Shown: positions 24,640 to 39,100, counted from the first letter of the stretch. The stretch: DNA of 64,000 nt from Haliotis rufescens (GCF_023055435.1 NW_025964361.1:2728001-2792000), one strand, 5' to 3'. Made by a program: numbers and translations. Notes: generated by a model from the sequence alone, not told the origin.

Positions 24640-24983
24640 GATGAAGAGGAGACCAGTGTCCAGCTGGCTGGGAAACAACCATGGTCCGATGAACGACGTG
24701 CCAGATTCATGGTCACCACCCAGATACAAGTTTCTGTGTGCAAGAAACAGGACTAAGCCAGCATTAGGAACATTGTCGGAGAAAGACACCAGCTTGTGAT
24801 GCTGGACACCAGAATGGTGACATTCCCTGTCATTGAACTATATGCATTCATGAGTGAAGAGAGACTAGTGTACTATATGTGTGAATGAATGACAGTATGT
24901 GGTATTAAAACATTCAGTCTGAAACAGATGTGTGTAGTTCATTCTTATTGAGAGGAATAATGGATAATGATATTAAACTTTCT

Positions 24984-25067
24984 CAATCTCATTAAAATCA
25001 GATCTTAGTTCTCGCTACCGCTTTGTTTAGCGGTAGCGAGAACTAAGATCTGATTTTTATGAGATTG
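24984..25067. mobile_element. MITE with 9-bp TSD, TIR-only 84-bp hairpin copy
   Basis: Both TIRs nearly abut; TSD aaactttct. Confidence 0.85.
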
Positions 25068-25804
25068 AAACTTTCTTTCCACGACATTGTTTTGGTATTT
25101 TAAACACTATGACCAAATACAATTATAAGGTATTTTATATTTGTAGTGTCATGTTTCATACCTCTTTATCGTGACATGGGTGATCATATTGACCAAGGTA
25201 CAGAGATGCCATGTTTGACCTGCAAAAATCTGGTATTTGGTTTGATTCCCAGTTTGACTCCAGGTATGATCTATGGGTATGCGAATGGGTTTCACTAAAG
25301 TGGTAAAAGTCTAGGGCTTGCATAACTCTGGGTTTCCTCCCACATTATGGTGACAAGTCATTATTGCTGAAATACTGTTCATAGCAGTGTTAATCCAAAT
25401 TCTACCTTGAATTTGAAAATTCTTGAATCTGATTGGTCAATCATTTGTTTCAAATCACAATAACTACCTCTTATTGAAACAGCTGGTTTGATAGACACAT
25501 TACTGTAGAGACTATTGAAAAACAAATGCTTTCTGATCATTGTAGGCATTTAGAATCATATGTACATTATAGGTTACAAAATGTAGAGTGGCTGTTACAA
25601 CGATATTCAAAGTATTTGTGACAATAAGTTGTGGACAGTAAACACAATAGAAACTAAGAGTGTATTTCAAGTTTACGTGATAATAGAGAGCCTGAGAGTT
25701 TATGCTTTTCTTGTGACTGACATCTTTTATTTTGCATCAAAACGAGCGAAGTGACTTGTGTAGAACTAAACCTTGCAAGGCTTGTTTAGTTTTCTTCAGG
25801 GGTG

Positions 25805-25974
25805 GGGGCCGTCGGGTAGCCTAGTGGTTAAAGTGTTTGCTCGTCATGCTGAAGACACGGGTTTGATTCCCAACATGGGTACAATGTGTGAAGCCCATTT
25901 CTGGTGTCCCCTGCCAAGATATTGCTGGAATATTGCTAAAGGCGGCAAAAAAACATACTCACTCACTCACTCAC
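25805..25974 (+). mobile_element. SINE family A
   Basis: Full copy, TSD tcttcaggggtg. Confidence 0.85.
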
Positions 25975-26651
25975 TCTTCAGGGGTGTCCACTTCATCCTC
26001 GCTTATCGAGCTAATAAAGTATGAGAAGTAGTTCTGTACAATTACAATGCCTGTGCTATATGCATGGAAAGTATGATGATGTGAAAAACTTATGTTTTGA
26101 ATATATGCAGCGTCATACCTTGTTAATAGGCTATTGTCAGTGTTTCCTTTATTCACATAAACCCACTCAAAACTTTGGACAATGCTGCTTCACACAGTAT
26201 CTTTGCTAGCTTACCTGTCGATTTGACTGTGCTGAATTTAACTTTTGAAACTTAACACTGCTTGTTCAGTTCCAAATTTAATATTTAGAACAGTTAAATG
26301 TACAGGTAACCTTGCTCTACATTGTAAACACAGAACCGGATGTCATATCTACTAATTCACTCTCACTTATCATGGCAGTGGACTTATTTTCAGGGATGGT
26401 AGAACCGCATTGATGGGAGTTTTAAGAGCATTAAGAATCACTTTTTTCACAAGAAATCCATGACTGCACAGTATCTAACAACAGAAGTAACCAGAGATTT
26501 GGCATGGTACCACAGTTTCACTGACACACATACCACTCAACAACACCTGATTCTTTCATATTACTATTGTTAATCTGTTAGGGCTTAATCGGGTGTTCTT
26601 TAACTTATTTTGAGAAGTATATCATCATCTTAACATTACCACTGACAAATA

Positions 26652-26910
26652 CCTGTGAAGATCTGGGTTAGAATAGGTCTTCAGCAATCTCTGCTTGCTG
26701 TAAAAGGCGCCTATGTTTCTCGTAATAGATGACAAACGGGATTGTGTGGTTAAGCTCGCTGACATGGTTGATGCATGTCAACGTAGCTCAATTGCATGGA
26801 TCGATACTCATGATGTCAATCTCTGGATTGTCTGGTCCAGTTCGATTATTTACAGACTGTCATATACCTGGAATATTGCCGAGTGAGTCGTTAAACAAGC
26901 AAACAAACTA
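26652..26910 (+). mobile_element. Retroposon family C
   Basis: Starts cctgtgaagatc; TSD tgacaaata. Confidence 0.8.
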
Positions 26911-27852
26911 TTGACAAATAATAATGAAAATGGTTTGTTCTCGTGTAGAATGTACACAGCAGAACAATAAGAGCCAGATTTGTTCATGACAGAAAGCTTC
27001 TGTGAAGTTCTGGCTCATAGCAGGTCACCAGTAACTCATGCTTCTTGCAAATTTGAATCCGATGGTCAGATTGTGTTACTTGGATATACCATGCCGCTGT
27101 TTAACAAGAATACCCCCACTCAGGCACAATATACTGCCTATGAGCCAACCAGTCCTTGTGTTTGTCCCTTAATGCCGAGCGCCAGGCAGTAACAAGTACC
27201 AGCTTTATAGCGGCCAAGGATCAAACCACTGACCTGCTCTCCGGACAGATTCTCTATTCACTACACTGACTATTAACCAGTACTGAATGGTGGCAGCAGG
27301 GTGAAAAAAACAAACAAATTAATATGACTTCTGTAATTGTTCATACCACATACTTCATGCATGTCAAACATAATTCTTACATGCCTAACCGTTGGTGAAA
27401 AATGATAGATTCAGTATGGCTGCTGTTGAGGCCATATTTTATGACCACAAAACATTCTTTGAGTAAGTGTAAGGGACACCATTTCCAGGACCACCCATGC
27501 AATGTTTCAGCTTCAGGGGCCCAATGGTTTCAGAGATGTGAAATCTATTTTTAAATAATACACCAAAGTACACACAGCCTCCATCAAAGGTTCTCCGCCT
27601 CAATTTCTGTTCAGGTGAGCCAAGGCCAACCACAAACATACATCTACATACCAGTAAGCTACGGTATGATGTAGTGTCAGTAAGCATAACAAAGACAATG
27701 TACAGAGATATAACAATTTATTTGATTGATCTCTTTATCGATTCCACACATCAATGTGTTTGAATACATAAGTTAGCATAAACTACACCTCGATTTTCTT
27801 TAGTGTCATATGTACAATATAACTATGAACATTAAGTACATATTTGAAACAA

Positions 27853-28021
27853 GGGGCGGTCAAGTAGCCTAGTGGTTAAAGCGTTCGCTCATCACGTCGA
27901 AGACCTAGGTTCATTCCTGACCTGGATAAAATGTGTGAAGCCCATTTCTGGTGTTCCCTGCCACGATATTGCTGGAATATTGCTAGAAGCAGCGTAAAAC
28001 AAAACTCACTCACTCACTCAC
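27853..28021 (+). mobile_element. SINE family A
   Basis: Full copy, TSD tgaaacaa. Confidence 0.85.
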
Positions 28022-28676
28022 TGAAACAAATGGAATGGAATTTAATGTGAATGAATAAATTACACTGTAAAACTCATTTCAATCCTTATAGAAGAAAATG
28101 CTTCTAAAATTGTGCCATTCTTATCAGTGTTCAAAATTATGGGGGTTCCTGAGGTCATTGAGTTTTGCTCCTGGTACATGAATGTAGAGAATCCCTCATG
28201 TTCTTGTAATGACAATTACCCTTGACTGTCATGCTAATTATGGAACATGGCTCATCTTTAAAAAAATGTGTCTTCATTCCATGTCAATTTTAAAAGTCAC
28301 ATGGCTTTTGACCATCATTTTATCAGCAGTCAACTCATTAACAAATATTTTCAGGAATTCTGATACAGGTCTTGAAAATCAACATGATCAAGGAATACTT
28401 AACATGATCCATATTGCACACTTCCTCCAGGAACAAATGATGTTAAGCATGAACTCTTTGTTTTGATTTCTTTCACAAATGAATGTAGATTATCAGGATG
28501 AAATGTTGTAATTGTGGAATTCACTTCAATCAAAATCTCATCACACAAACAAAGGACAATGCATAGAAAATATATCCAAGTTCATTTTTGACGGCATGAT
28601 GCCAGTCCTGAGATAATGTTCTTTTCTGATTATCACTTGTCGTTGTTAGAATCTGAAGATGATGCCATTTCCGACT

Positions 28677-30052
28677 TCATGCTTGTAGTTCTTGGGCCAT
28701 TGTCTGCAAGTCAGGGACATCTGTGAGCTCAAAGTCTAGGAGTATCTGGCCGAGAGCTTTACCCTGCGCATCACTCCGCAGAGATGCAATACCCCCGCCT
28801 CCCAGAGCATTAGTCAACAGAAAGTTGATACCATGTATGCCTGGGGCATCAAACCTGCAACATTACAAGGAGAGTCATGTCAGTGTATCCTGTAAAGACA
28901 TTAACCCGGGAACACAGGACATAGATATAGTCTGTACATTAATTCCAGTTGCATTCATGTCACAACAGATACTGACTTCAATTTCACAATAGACTGAGCC
29001 CTCCTCCAGACCTGACCATACATGCTGAGCCCTCCTGGACTTGAGAAAAAAGATGTTTTCTCCAGACCTGTTACCCCGAAACCCCTCCAACATCACACAA
29101 TTAGATCACAATACGATAAAATAAATATACAATCACAACAAAGGAAGTAATCAAGGATGCTAACGAACCTTGCATCTCAAACAATCAGAAGTAATATCTC
29201 TTGGAATGCAAAGGGAGATAAATCAGTAGTCTTGCAAAGTGTAGCCACTAGAAAATATAACGTTTGCACATACAACCTCCAAACTACATGATGTTGCCCC
29301 GTAAAGTGTATTAGAAGCCTGGAATAGAAATATCAGTAGTCCAGCATGTGAGCCTCAACCTACACCATCCAAGGTGAGTCCATGTTACAGAATGAATCTG
29401 ATTTTCCCAGGTGGTTGTACATGCAAGTATTAACTCCACAGCCATTAGGCATTGTGACAACTAGATATCCAGTTCACATCATCATCAGTCAACAGCTCGT
29501 ATCATCAACAACTCTTTGACTACTGGTAGACACCGATGAGTTGAAGATGAATTGTCAAAGTGGGATGAGTCCAAACTTACTCATCCCCCTATTAGTGGTT
29601 GAGCCAGAAAAATGGGCTTCACACATTGTACCCATGTTGGAAAACGAACCCAGGTCTTCGGCGTGATGAATGAACGCTTTAACCACTAGGCTACCCGACA
29701 ACCCTTTTGTAATATGAACACTTGGAACAACTTTAAACCAAAAGGTTGGTGCATGTCATCGTATCCCACTTGTCTGAATCAATGCTCATGATGTCAATCA
29801 CTCGATCGTCTGGTTCTGACTCGATTATTTTCAGACTGCCATCATATAGCTGGAATATTGCTGAGAGTGGCATTAAACAACAAACAAACAATTCAACCAA
29901 AAGGTGCTTGGTGTCCCAAGGGAGACAATTCTAGACATGAGGCTTAAATATTTCAGTTAATATCACATTTCAAACTGCTAAAACACAATCACTCAATCAT
30001 AATCATGTCACTTTTTAAACCTTACTTCAGCACATGTACTCATACACACACA

Positions 30053-30112
<60 letters not shown>

Positions 30113-33100
30113 CGGTTCACCTCTTGACTCGGCTACACACTGGCCCTATCCTGTCAGGGAACAGGTGAGAGAAGTACTGCTCCACAGCCTCTGCTGTCAG
30201 GGCTTGTTTGATGTACGGCAGGAACAAAGGATGGCGCGCGATCACTCCTGAAACAGCATCGTCTATTCAAGAAGAGGACCAAAATGGGCCAAATGGTAGC
30301 CCAGAAAGCCTATCAAGTCATTAAATACAATTTTGTTTGCAAAATTATGATGTATATCATTCTTGTAGTTTCATAATTATTCAGAAAATCTCAGTTTCAC
30401 GCAGGGCACTAATTACATTAGACCTCAATTTGAAATTGGCACACACCAATGAGCCAAGTACCTCATGAGTGTACCACAATTCTTATCTCTGCATTTACAA
30501 TTTTTCAGTTGTTCATGTGATTTGTTTTCAGCCAAAGAAAACACTAAAATTTCCACTTTTGACTGTCTTTTAAGATCGGCAACGAACAGGATCGGGTGGT
30601 CAGGCTTGCTGACTTGGTTGATGCATGTCATCATATCCCAAATGGGAAGATCAATGCTAATGATGTCAATCACTGGACTGTCTGGTCGAGACTTGATTAT
30701 TTACAAACCGCCATCTTGTAGTGGTAGTGCTGAGGGCAGGGTTAAACAACAAACCAAGCCAAGGCCTATGCTGTTCTGTATACGCACCTATATTGGCACT
30801 GTTTCCCTTGTCGCCACTCCTGGTGTAGGCAAGGTCTTCCAGCCTGTAAGAGAACTCTCCCTGGGGTAGCTTCGGCATCTCTTGCTCATCCGCAGAATGA
30901 GGTGGGTAGGCTCGTTTCAGGTATTCAGCAGTGGGCCCAGTAGGGACCACATAGCCTTCCACATGTTCCCCGTTCATGCTGATATTGATCTGTAGTACGA
31001 CAATACACAAGTCCGCTAATTGCAAGCCTTGTATCATATGGTAAAGGCAACGTAACCTGAATCATTTACTAGCCTGAATATTGATAACATATACTAAAGT
31101 TAAAGAACACCCACAATTGGAAGACTGTGTTTGAAATACCAACCATCCATGACAGATTAACTACGGTCATATGAAAATGAAGGCTTGGTCGATACACCAA
31201 CTGTGCAATCCATCTGTCATGGCATGACAGATTAACTATAGTAATATGAAAGAATCAGGTGTTTTCTTAACTTCTTTTAAGTAGTATACATATCAATCTC
31301 ATTAAAATCAGATCTCACTTCTTGCTACCGCTAAACAAAGATCTGAGGACATCCCATTACGGGTCATGTCAGAACGACCTTTCATCCAATCAGTCAGAGC
31401 GTTGCTTACCAGATCATAAAAGTGACATCGGAATGTTATTACTAATCATGCAACCTCGAAATATTTAACAGAGGGTATTCCGAACGACAGTTACAGGTTT
31501 TATGATTATATCCATACAATCTTGGCCCTCTAGTAGCCATTCCAGAATGATCTTTTGATCAGTTTACAAAAATTAATCGAGAATACGTCAAAATATGTTT
31601 CAAAACATAGTTGCCAATTTGAAACTAGTATTGTAAAGCTCGAGATTCTGCCTTCTGATTGGCTAATGTTGATTTCTTGTCAGTCATTTCATTGATCAGT
31701 CAAAGTTCGTGAAAGGTCGTTCTGACGTGACCCGTAATGGGATGTCCTCAGATCTTTGTTTAGCAGTAGCGAAAAATAAGATCTGATTTTAATGAGATTG
31801 TATATATATGTATATAATTTTTTCAAGGTCAAAAGAAAAACATTCCCACAATCTTCTGCGCACAAATGAACTACGGCACTTCAAAAAAAAATTTCCTTTC
31901 TCAGGGATGGAAAGGGCTGAAAATTCTGCAGATTGTTACCTCTGAGTATGTTGTTAAATAAAGGAATTTCTTTCTTTGATCAGTAGGTCTCTTTCTGTGG
32001 TCATGTCCATTCACTTACATTAAAGTTGTCTCTTGGATAGAGAAACGAGAACAGCTTGAGCACTGGTGATCTGTAAGGAATCCGTATACACTCAGTATTT
32101 CTAACTACAGCATTTGTGGCAACAACTTTCCAAATTAACTAAATTATTTCTGAGACTTGTAAATTTAGCAGGAACTAGTGGACTACGACTTTTTCATTTA
32201 CAGGTCGATGGCAGCTCTGGAGCAGATTATTTTCTGCGGAAATGCGAAAATAATAATTATATCTAACAATGTGTAATGTTATTATCATTTTACTCAATAA
32301 AGGGTAATCTAAATGTCATGTAATTGTGAAAAAGTAGGCACTTACACTTTCGGTCGACCTCCTGCAATATTGCACAATCCTGGAGCTGAAAAGGTCATTT
32401 TTACGTTAAATCATACAAATGTAAGAAAATAACTATTTGCAGATAATCTCTATAGCTAAGGTAATATAAATCATGTACAGATTATCTATTCCTCATCTTA
32501 TCCTTCACCCATACTAACAGGTACAATCTCCCACAACTCCGTCCCCACACACACTACCCATCTCCATCCTTAACTATCATCACTCTCACTTACCCATGCC
32601 TGTTCCTGCAGGCGCCACCTCCCTGGTGAAAAAGTCCAGTGCCTTTCTCTGTGAGTGATGAACTGCCAGCCACATCACTGCCTCTCGCACATTCTACAGG
32701 AGAATCATGGTCCATTTATTTATTTATAAAGTATTCATCAGTGAAGTTTTGCTCATCATCAATTCTGATTGTGACATAAAACAATAGATATCTTGTAACA
32801 AATGTTATATCTGGGATAACATTTTCATAGTAAAGTACAGATTCTAGTACTTTTTTTGGTTGAGTCCCATCCGGGATTCGAACCCACACTGCCAGAGTGA
32901 GGCATCTAATCGCCAGCACACAAAGTCAGAGATCTAACCCACTCAGCCACCAAGGCTTCCACAGAGTAATATAACATTTGTTACATTTGACCACTTACTA
33001 AATGGCATTGTGTGTTCCATACTTATCTTTCTAGATGGTGTATAACACTTAAGCATAATGAAAATTATAACTGAACTAAAAGCAAAATATATCTCAGCAG

Positions 33101-36100
33101 TCAGCAATAGTCTACTGATATAATGGCATCCGGTAAATAATAACATTATATGGGCTAATAACTATATGATAAGGGTACATACTGACCATAAATTGTCTAT
33201 TCAGTGAAGTATTTACAGTCAAACCCTTTTATCTCAAACCTAACGGGAGTGTCTTATAACTTCAAGATATCCAGACATTTGAGATAAATAGACATGAATA
33301 TCCAGGACATGGTCAAGTAACAGTTTTATAGATACATAGAATACTTTGCATACATGAGAAATTAAAAACAAATCACAATGCGATGTCAAATTGTAATGTT
33401 TATTTTTGCAGCAATGATTGATAATAACTGTGACAAATTATGTATAGTGTACATGTACCTTAGGCACAGCAGCAATAACTATTTATAGTCTGTCCACTTG
33501 ACGAAAACAACAAAGCGCCACTCTCAACTGAAGGTTGTTCATTCACTGATTGGAAAGTTTGAGGAGTGTCACAGGGCTTTGATTCTGACTTTGATTAGCA
33601 CTTTTTTAAGTGACCAGGAAGTACTGCCATGTTTTTACTCATGTCTACTCACAATGTTTTTTATTTGGTAGTGAGTGAGTGAGTTCGGTTTAACGCCGCT
33701 TTTAACAGTATTCCAGTTATATCGCGGCGTGTCAGCTTAATGTGGGAGGAAAGCCCAAAGTGATGCAGGTCTTAGACGTTTTCCACTTCTGTGAAACCCA
33801 TGAGCACGGGTATGGTGCTGACAAACCTAGAAACATAATTTGGGCGAACGGGGATTCGAACCCACAATCATAGGTTTCTGGTGTGCGCAAGGGACGCAAC
33901 TCTGCACAGCGAATCGCGGTGCCTTAGACGACTGGGCCACCCGTGCCCCCTTTTATTTGGTAACAAAGATTACTATTACAATTGGATTAAAAGATAAGTA
34001 ATAATTGGGTGCACAATTGGTCTAAATTTGACTGTTCCTTTACTGCCATGTTAGATGTGTAGCGAAAGGTACAAGATATACTTGCTCTTTTGTAAACTGT
34101 TAATGTGGCAAATGACAACTTTAAAGTAAAGGTACCAAATTCTACAGTAAAGTTGAAGTTTGGACCGAGTCCAAGGTTCAAGACAGTGTGTACTTTTATC
34201 TCAAATTCAAGATAAGCAAGCAAATTCATATGTATTTATATTGTGAGGCGGTTGGGACCAGAGAAAAGGCTTGAGATATCGGTATACTCGAGATAACAGA
34301 GTTCGAGATAACCAGGTTTGATTGTACCTTGGAAGATTTAGCTTGTGGGCCATACAGGTGATCGGTGCTGAACACTTCCATGTTGATGTCGGAGAAGTTC
34401 TGAAGCTGGAGTTGACTGAAGATCCTCTGACACCTTCCAACACACACTGACAACTACACAACAGGGTTTTGTGCCCTCTTGGGATACATGTTCATGTAAT
34501 TTATAAATCCACATGTTATATATGACCTGAACATATACAACATCAACACCAGGGAATAACCAATCTTGATTATCCGCCAAAACAGACTCCATTAAGACAT
34601 AAAAGGCAAAATAGCAGTAAAAATTATACGAATAGATGAATAAAAATCAGTGATGACACCAGGTGCTCACAACCAAAATTATTAACTAACATGAGGCCCG
34701 TGAAGATCCGGGGTAGAATAGGTCTTCAGCAACCCATGCTTGCTGTAAAAGGTGACTATGTTTTTATAAAAGGCGACTAATGGGATTGGGTGGTGAGGCT
34801 AGCTGACTTGGTTGATGCATGTCATCGATCACAATTGCGTGGTTCGATGCTCATGATGTCAATCACTGGATTGTCTTGTCCAGACTCGATTATTTACAGA
34901 CCGCCGTCATATAGCTGGAATATTGCTGAGTGCAGCGTAAAACAACAAACAAACAAAAAAGACAAACAAACAAAAATTAACTAACATGAGACTTTAAGTA
35001 ACATTAATTTGGTAAACTATATTCAGATTTTCCGTAACTTTAAATGAGTAAAATATTTTGATAGATAGGACAAGACAAGTTTGTAAATTCTATTACTAAG
35101 AAGCGATACTTACAAATGTATATTATTAACAGTGTATCTAGAAGTGTATTCACCTCTTGAGTACAGCATTAGCTGTCTTCTCCACCTTTTCTGCTGCTCT
35201 GGGGCCACCAACAAATACTACTGCGGTCGAGCGGTACCCATCCATGTAGGTGGCACTAACCTGCAGACACGATGGAATTCTAGTTTTCGGATTATTCAAA
35301 GAAGAACAAATATTACCTATATCATAATCCTCAAGTTTCTCCCGCAGTTCCTTCAGTTCACATCTATGTAGTTTCCACTTAATAATCCTGAACTAGTATA
35401 TGAGCAACTGAGGTTTTATGTCCTTGTTATTGCCACTGCAATACACTGACAGCCAGATCACAGGTCAGTCCAATGAGCCCATCCCAACTCACCTGGAGCT
35501 CCCCTGTGACTCACCTGGAGCTATCATCTGGAGCTCCCCTGTGACTCACCTGGAGCTCCCATTTGACTCACCTGGAGCTCCCCTGTGACTCACCTGGAGC
35601 TACCCCATGACTCACCTTGAGCTATCATCTGGAGCTCCCCTGTAACTCACCTGGAGCTCCCCTGTGACTCACCTGGAGCTCCCCTGTGACTCACCTGGAG
35701 CTACCCCATGACTCACCTTGAGCTATCATCTGGAGCTCCCCTGTGACTCACCTGGAGCTCCCATTTGACTCACCTGGAGCTCCCCTGTGACTCACCTGGA
35801 GCTACCCCATGACTCACCTTGAGCTATCATCTGGAGCTCCCCTGTGACTCACCTGGAGCTCCCCTGTGACTCACCTGGAGCTCCCATGTGACTCACCTGG
35901 AGCTCCCCTGTGACTCACCTGGAGCTCCCATGTGACTCACCTGGAGCTCCCCTGTGACTCACCTGGAGCTCCCCTGTGACTCACCTGGAGCTCCCCTGTG
36001 ACTCACCTGGAGCTACCCTGTGACACCTTGAACTCTCCTGTGACTCACCTTGAACTCCCCTGACGGCGGGTTTCCTCTTGCTCCACTGACATGGATGGCA

Positions 36101-39100
36101 TTTTCTCCCACTTCATCAAGTGTCACATTACTGAAGTCACACACAACATCTGGGAGGAAGTAGTGGGCAGGGTCGCCAATCTCATACAGCAGTTGCTCGG
36201 CAACAGTTGCCTTGGAGACCAATCCTCCAGTGTTAGGTGGTTTTGTGACCAGAAATTCCCCATCTTCTCCACATTCCACAACAGGGAATCCTATGTCATC
36301 CCTGCAACATGAACATAGGACTGTCATCCTCAAACACACAGTGACACAGAAGTTGGTTTCACAATGCTCCATGCACTGGGAGACAAACTGTAGTCAGTAA
36401 TTGTAAAACAAATGGGAGTGTGCCACAATGATGTTAAATGGGATTCGAAACACAGAAATCTTCATTTTTCATTGCATTCAAAGACTTTTCTGGATAGGTA
36501 TCGCTTCTTTACCAATCCAAAATCTGACAAAAATGGCAATTCAGCTTGGCAAAATGGATATCACATTCACTAGATGTGTGAATATGTATGTTTATTAGAA
36601 CAACTACGATTTAGTTGTTTTTCCTTCACATTCTGCTACCAGAAAGAAGCACAGAAGCATGTGACTCCCATCAGTTGTATCATAATGTCACAGCATTCCG
36701 GTGTGATGTCATGTCTGTCGCTCAAAGATGTGAGAGTTCAGTAAGAAAAGAGAGTGCTTTGGAAACTTACTGGTCACTAACATGAATCTTACAAAGTTAA
36801 AAACAGCTTGTGTTTTCACATTTGCGGACCATTGCTGGTATGGAGTATTTGATGTGAGGACATTTTAACATCATAATCTTGGCTTTGACTGTCCGCTCCA
36901 AATGATATTTCCAGGCACTGACTACCAATAACTCCTGCACATAGGAAACACATGATGCTAACTTCCTGATTGATCAGGCAACCAGTGACTGATAGCATGA
37001 GCAGCAATCCATGACATCACTTCTGGAATTGCTTTGGCTCAATTTAGGTGTAACTCACACCAACTGAATATAGAAACGGGTAGATATACGAATAACTCTA
37101 GAGACTCAGACTATGCGAAATGTGTTCCTGTGGATACATAGAAAACGAATACCATTTCCTTTTGATATGTACTGCTAATGATAACCTATGTAAAATTTAT
37201 ATTCCTGATAACTAATTTACATATCCATCCCTTTTTAAATTTAACTTGTTAATATCTATCACCAATCCTGTTATGATAAGAAACATTGCAATGTTTATCT
37301 TTCATGCTTGTCGTCTTCGCTCTTGCAGACGAACGGCTGTAATTGCTGTAACAATGTAATATGGGCCGATGGCCTGCATACACCTGAATAGTGAGTCAGT
37401 TTGGTTTTACGCCGCTTTTAGCAATATTCCAGCAATATCACGGCGGGGGACACCAGAAATGGGCTTCACACATTGTACCCATGTCGGGATTCGAACCCGG
37501 GTCTTCGGCGTGACGAGCGAACGCTTTAACCACTAGGCTACCCGACCGCCCCTACACCTGAATAAAGAGGCACACCCATCTAACCACTATTACACCAGAC
37601 TATCAAAGACAAGCAGGACCATCAGTTGACTTCACCTGTTACTGAGGTACTGGGACATGTTCCACAAAGTGATCGTAGCACTATGAGTATCGTAAGCCTG
37701 TGTTGGAGTTACGACCACCTGAGCTACAAACTGTGGAACGGGGCCATGGAGACTAAAATTGCTCTGGACTAAACAAAAAATAGTTAGGTGTGCAAGGTTT
37801 ACTAAATAAAGGGTTTTAAACAAGAACACACCATGAAAACTGACTAGTTTTCTCAACAATCTTTTTATTGACACTTTTTCGTAACCAAACAGTAAAACAG
37901 TTCATTTTCAAACAAACCAGTTTGGCTGAACGAAAGCACAAGCTGACAATGGGATTCATGAATGAAATAAATGTTTTACACATTAATATTCCAAAAGCAG
38001 GAACCAGACCAAGATGACAATTACTTGAGATTTATTTGGGCTGAAATCCCGCAATCACCAAATCGTAAATATTTCAAAGAGAAAAAGACATTTTCAAATT
38101 TCAATTGCATGTGCAAGCAAATCCTCACAACATAAAGTGTTGTAGTACAAGGTAAATTCCCTCACCAGTTGGGTACTGAGTGCCAGTCTGTGAAGACCCC
38201 GCCTGTCACCTGGGCACCACACTCTATCAGGTGGCCTGCAAGACTGAACACACAAACCTTGTTAGTTGTGTAACGCCACACTCAGCAATATTTCCGCCAT
38301 AAAATGGCTGGGTTTAAACACTTTGCGAATATGCAGTATAAACACTTTGCGAATATGCAGTGTAAACACTTTGCGCATATGCAGTGTAAACACTTTGCGA
38401 ATATGCAGTATAAACACTTTGCGAATATGCAGTATAAACACTTTGCGAATATGCAGTGTAAACACTTTGCGAATATGCAGTATAAACACTTTGCGAATAT
38501 GCAGTGTAAACACTTTGCGAATATGCAGTGTAAACACTTTGCGAATATGCAATATAAACACTTTGCGAATATGCAGTATAAACACTTTGCGAATATGCAG
38601 TGTAAACACTTTGCGAATATGCAGTATAAACACTTTCGAAATATGCAGTATAAACACTTTGCGAATATGCAGTATAAACACTTTGCGAATATGCAGTATA
38701 AACACTTTGCGAATAAGCAGTATAAACACTTATATATGTGTGTATGCAGATTTACACAGTATGCACACTGTTTTTCACATCTATATATCTCCATAAACGC
38801 ATAAAATATTGAAATCAATTCTTAATGGTCCTGATGACATGACAATGTTTCACTGAGCATTGATGAACCTACTACCATGATGGATTACACATTTGGGAGT
38901 AAATATTCTACTCAAAAGAAGTTAAGGACCGCTTAAGGATACTTTCATATCACTATAGTTAATCTCTGATGGCCTGAATGAATCGGGTGGTCCTTAACTT
39001 CTTTTGAGAAGTATAGGTCACAAATCTTGGAAATTTCCGACATATCCGATAGAGTCAGAGATAAATGCTGATATATTCACCCTTCATTATATCTAATTGT

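Noticed and set aside
34696-34790. Canonical HDV-like ribozyme at the family C 5' end
   Set aside because: A hairpin followed by CUAA is suggestive, but the helix order lacks room for P1/P2/P3 in HDV topology; kept only as an unclassified structured-RNA candidate.
35487-36056. CRISPR-like appearance of this and other regular arrays
   Set aside because: No unique spacers, no cas genes, eukaryotic context; plain tandem repeats.
37391-37552. Possible tRNA-Asp genes (also tRNA-Leu/Ser-like heads at 39105 and ~32960)
   Set aside because: Stems do not close into a cloverleaf; heads run into shared bodies, simple-repeat tails and TSDs, so they are SINEs.
38262-38818. Four overlapping 155-178 aa ORFs, one Cys-rich
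   Set aside because: 24-bp intronic minisatellite open in multiple frames.
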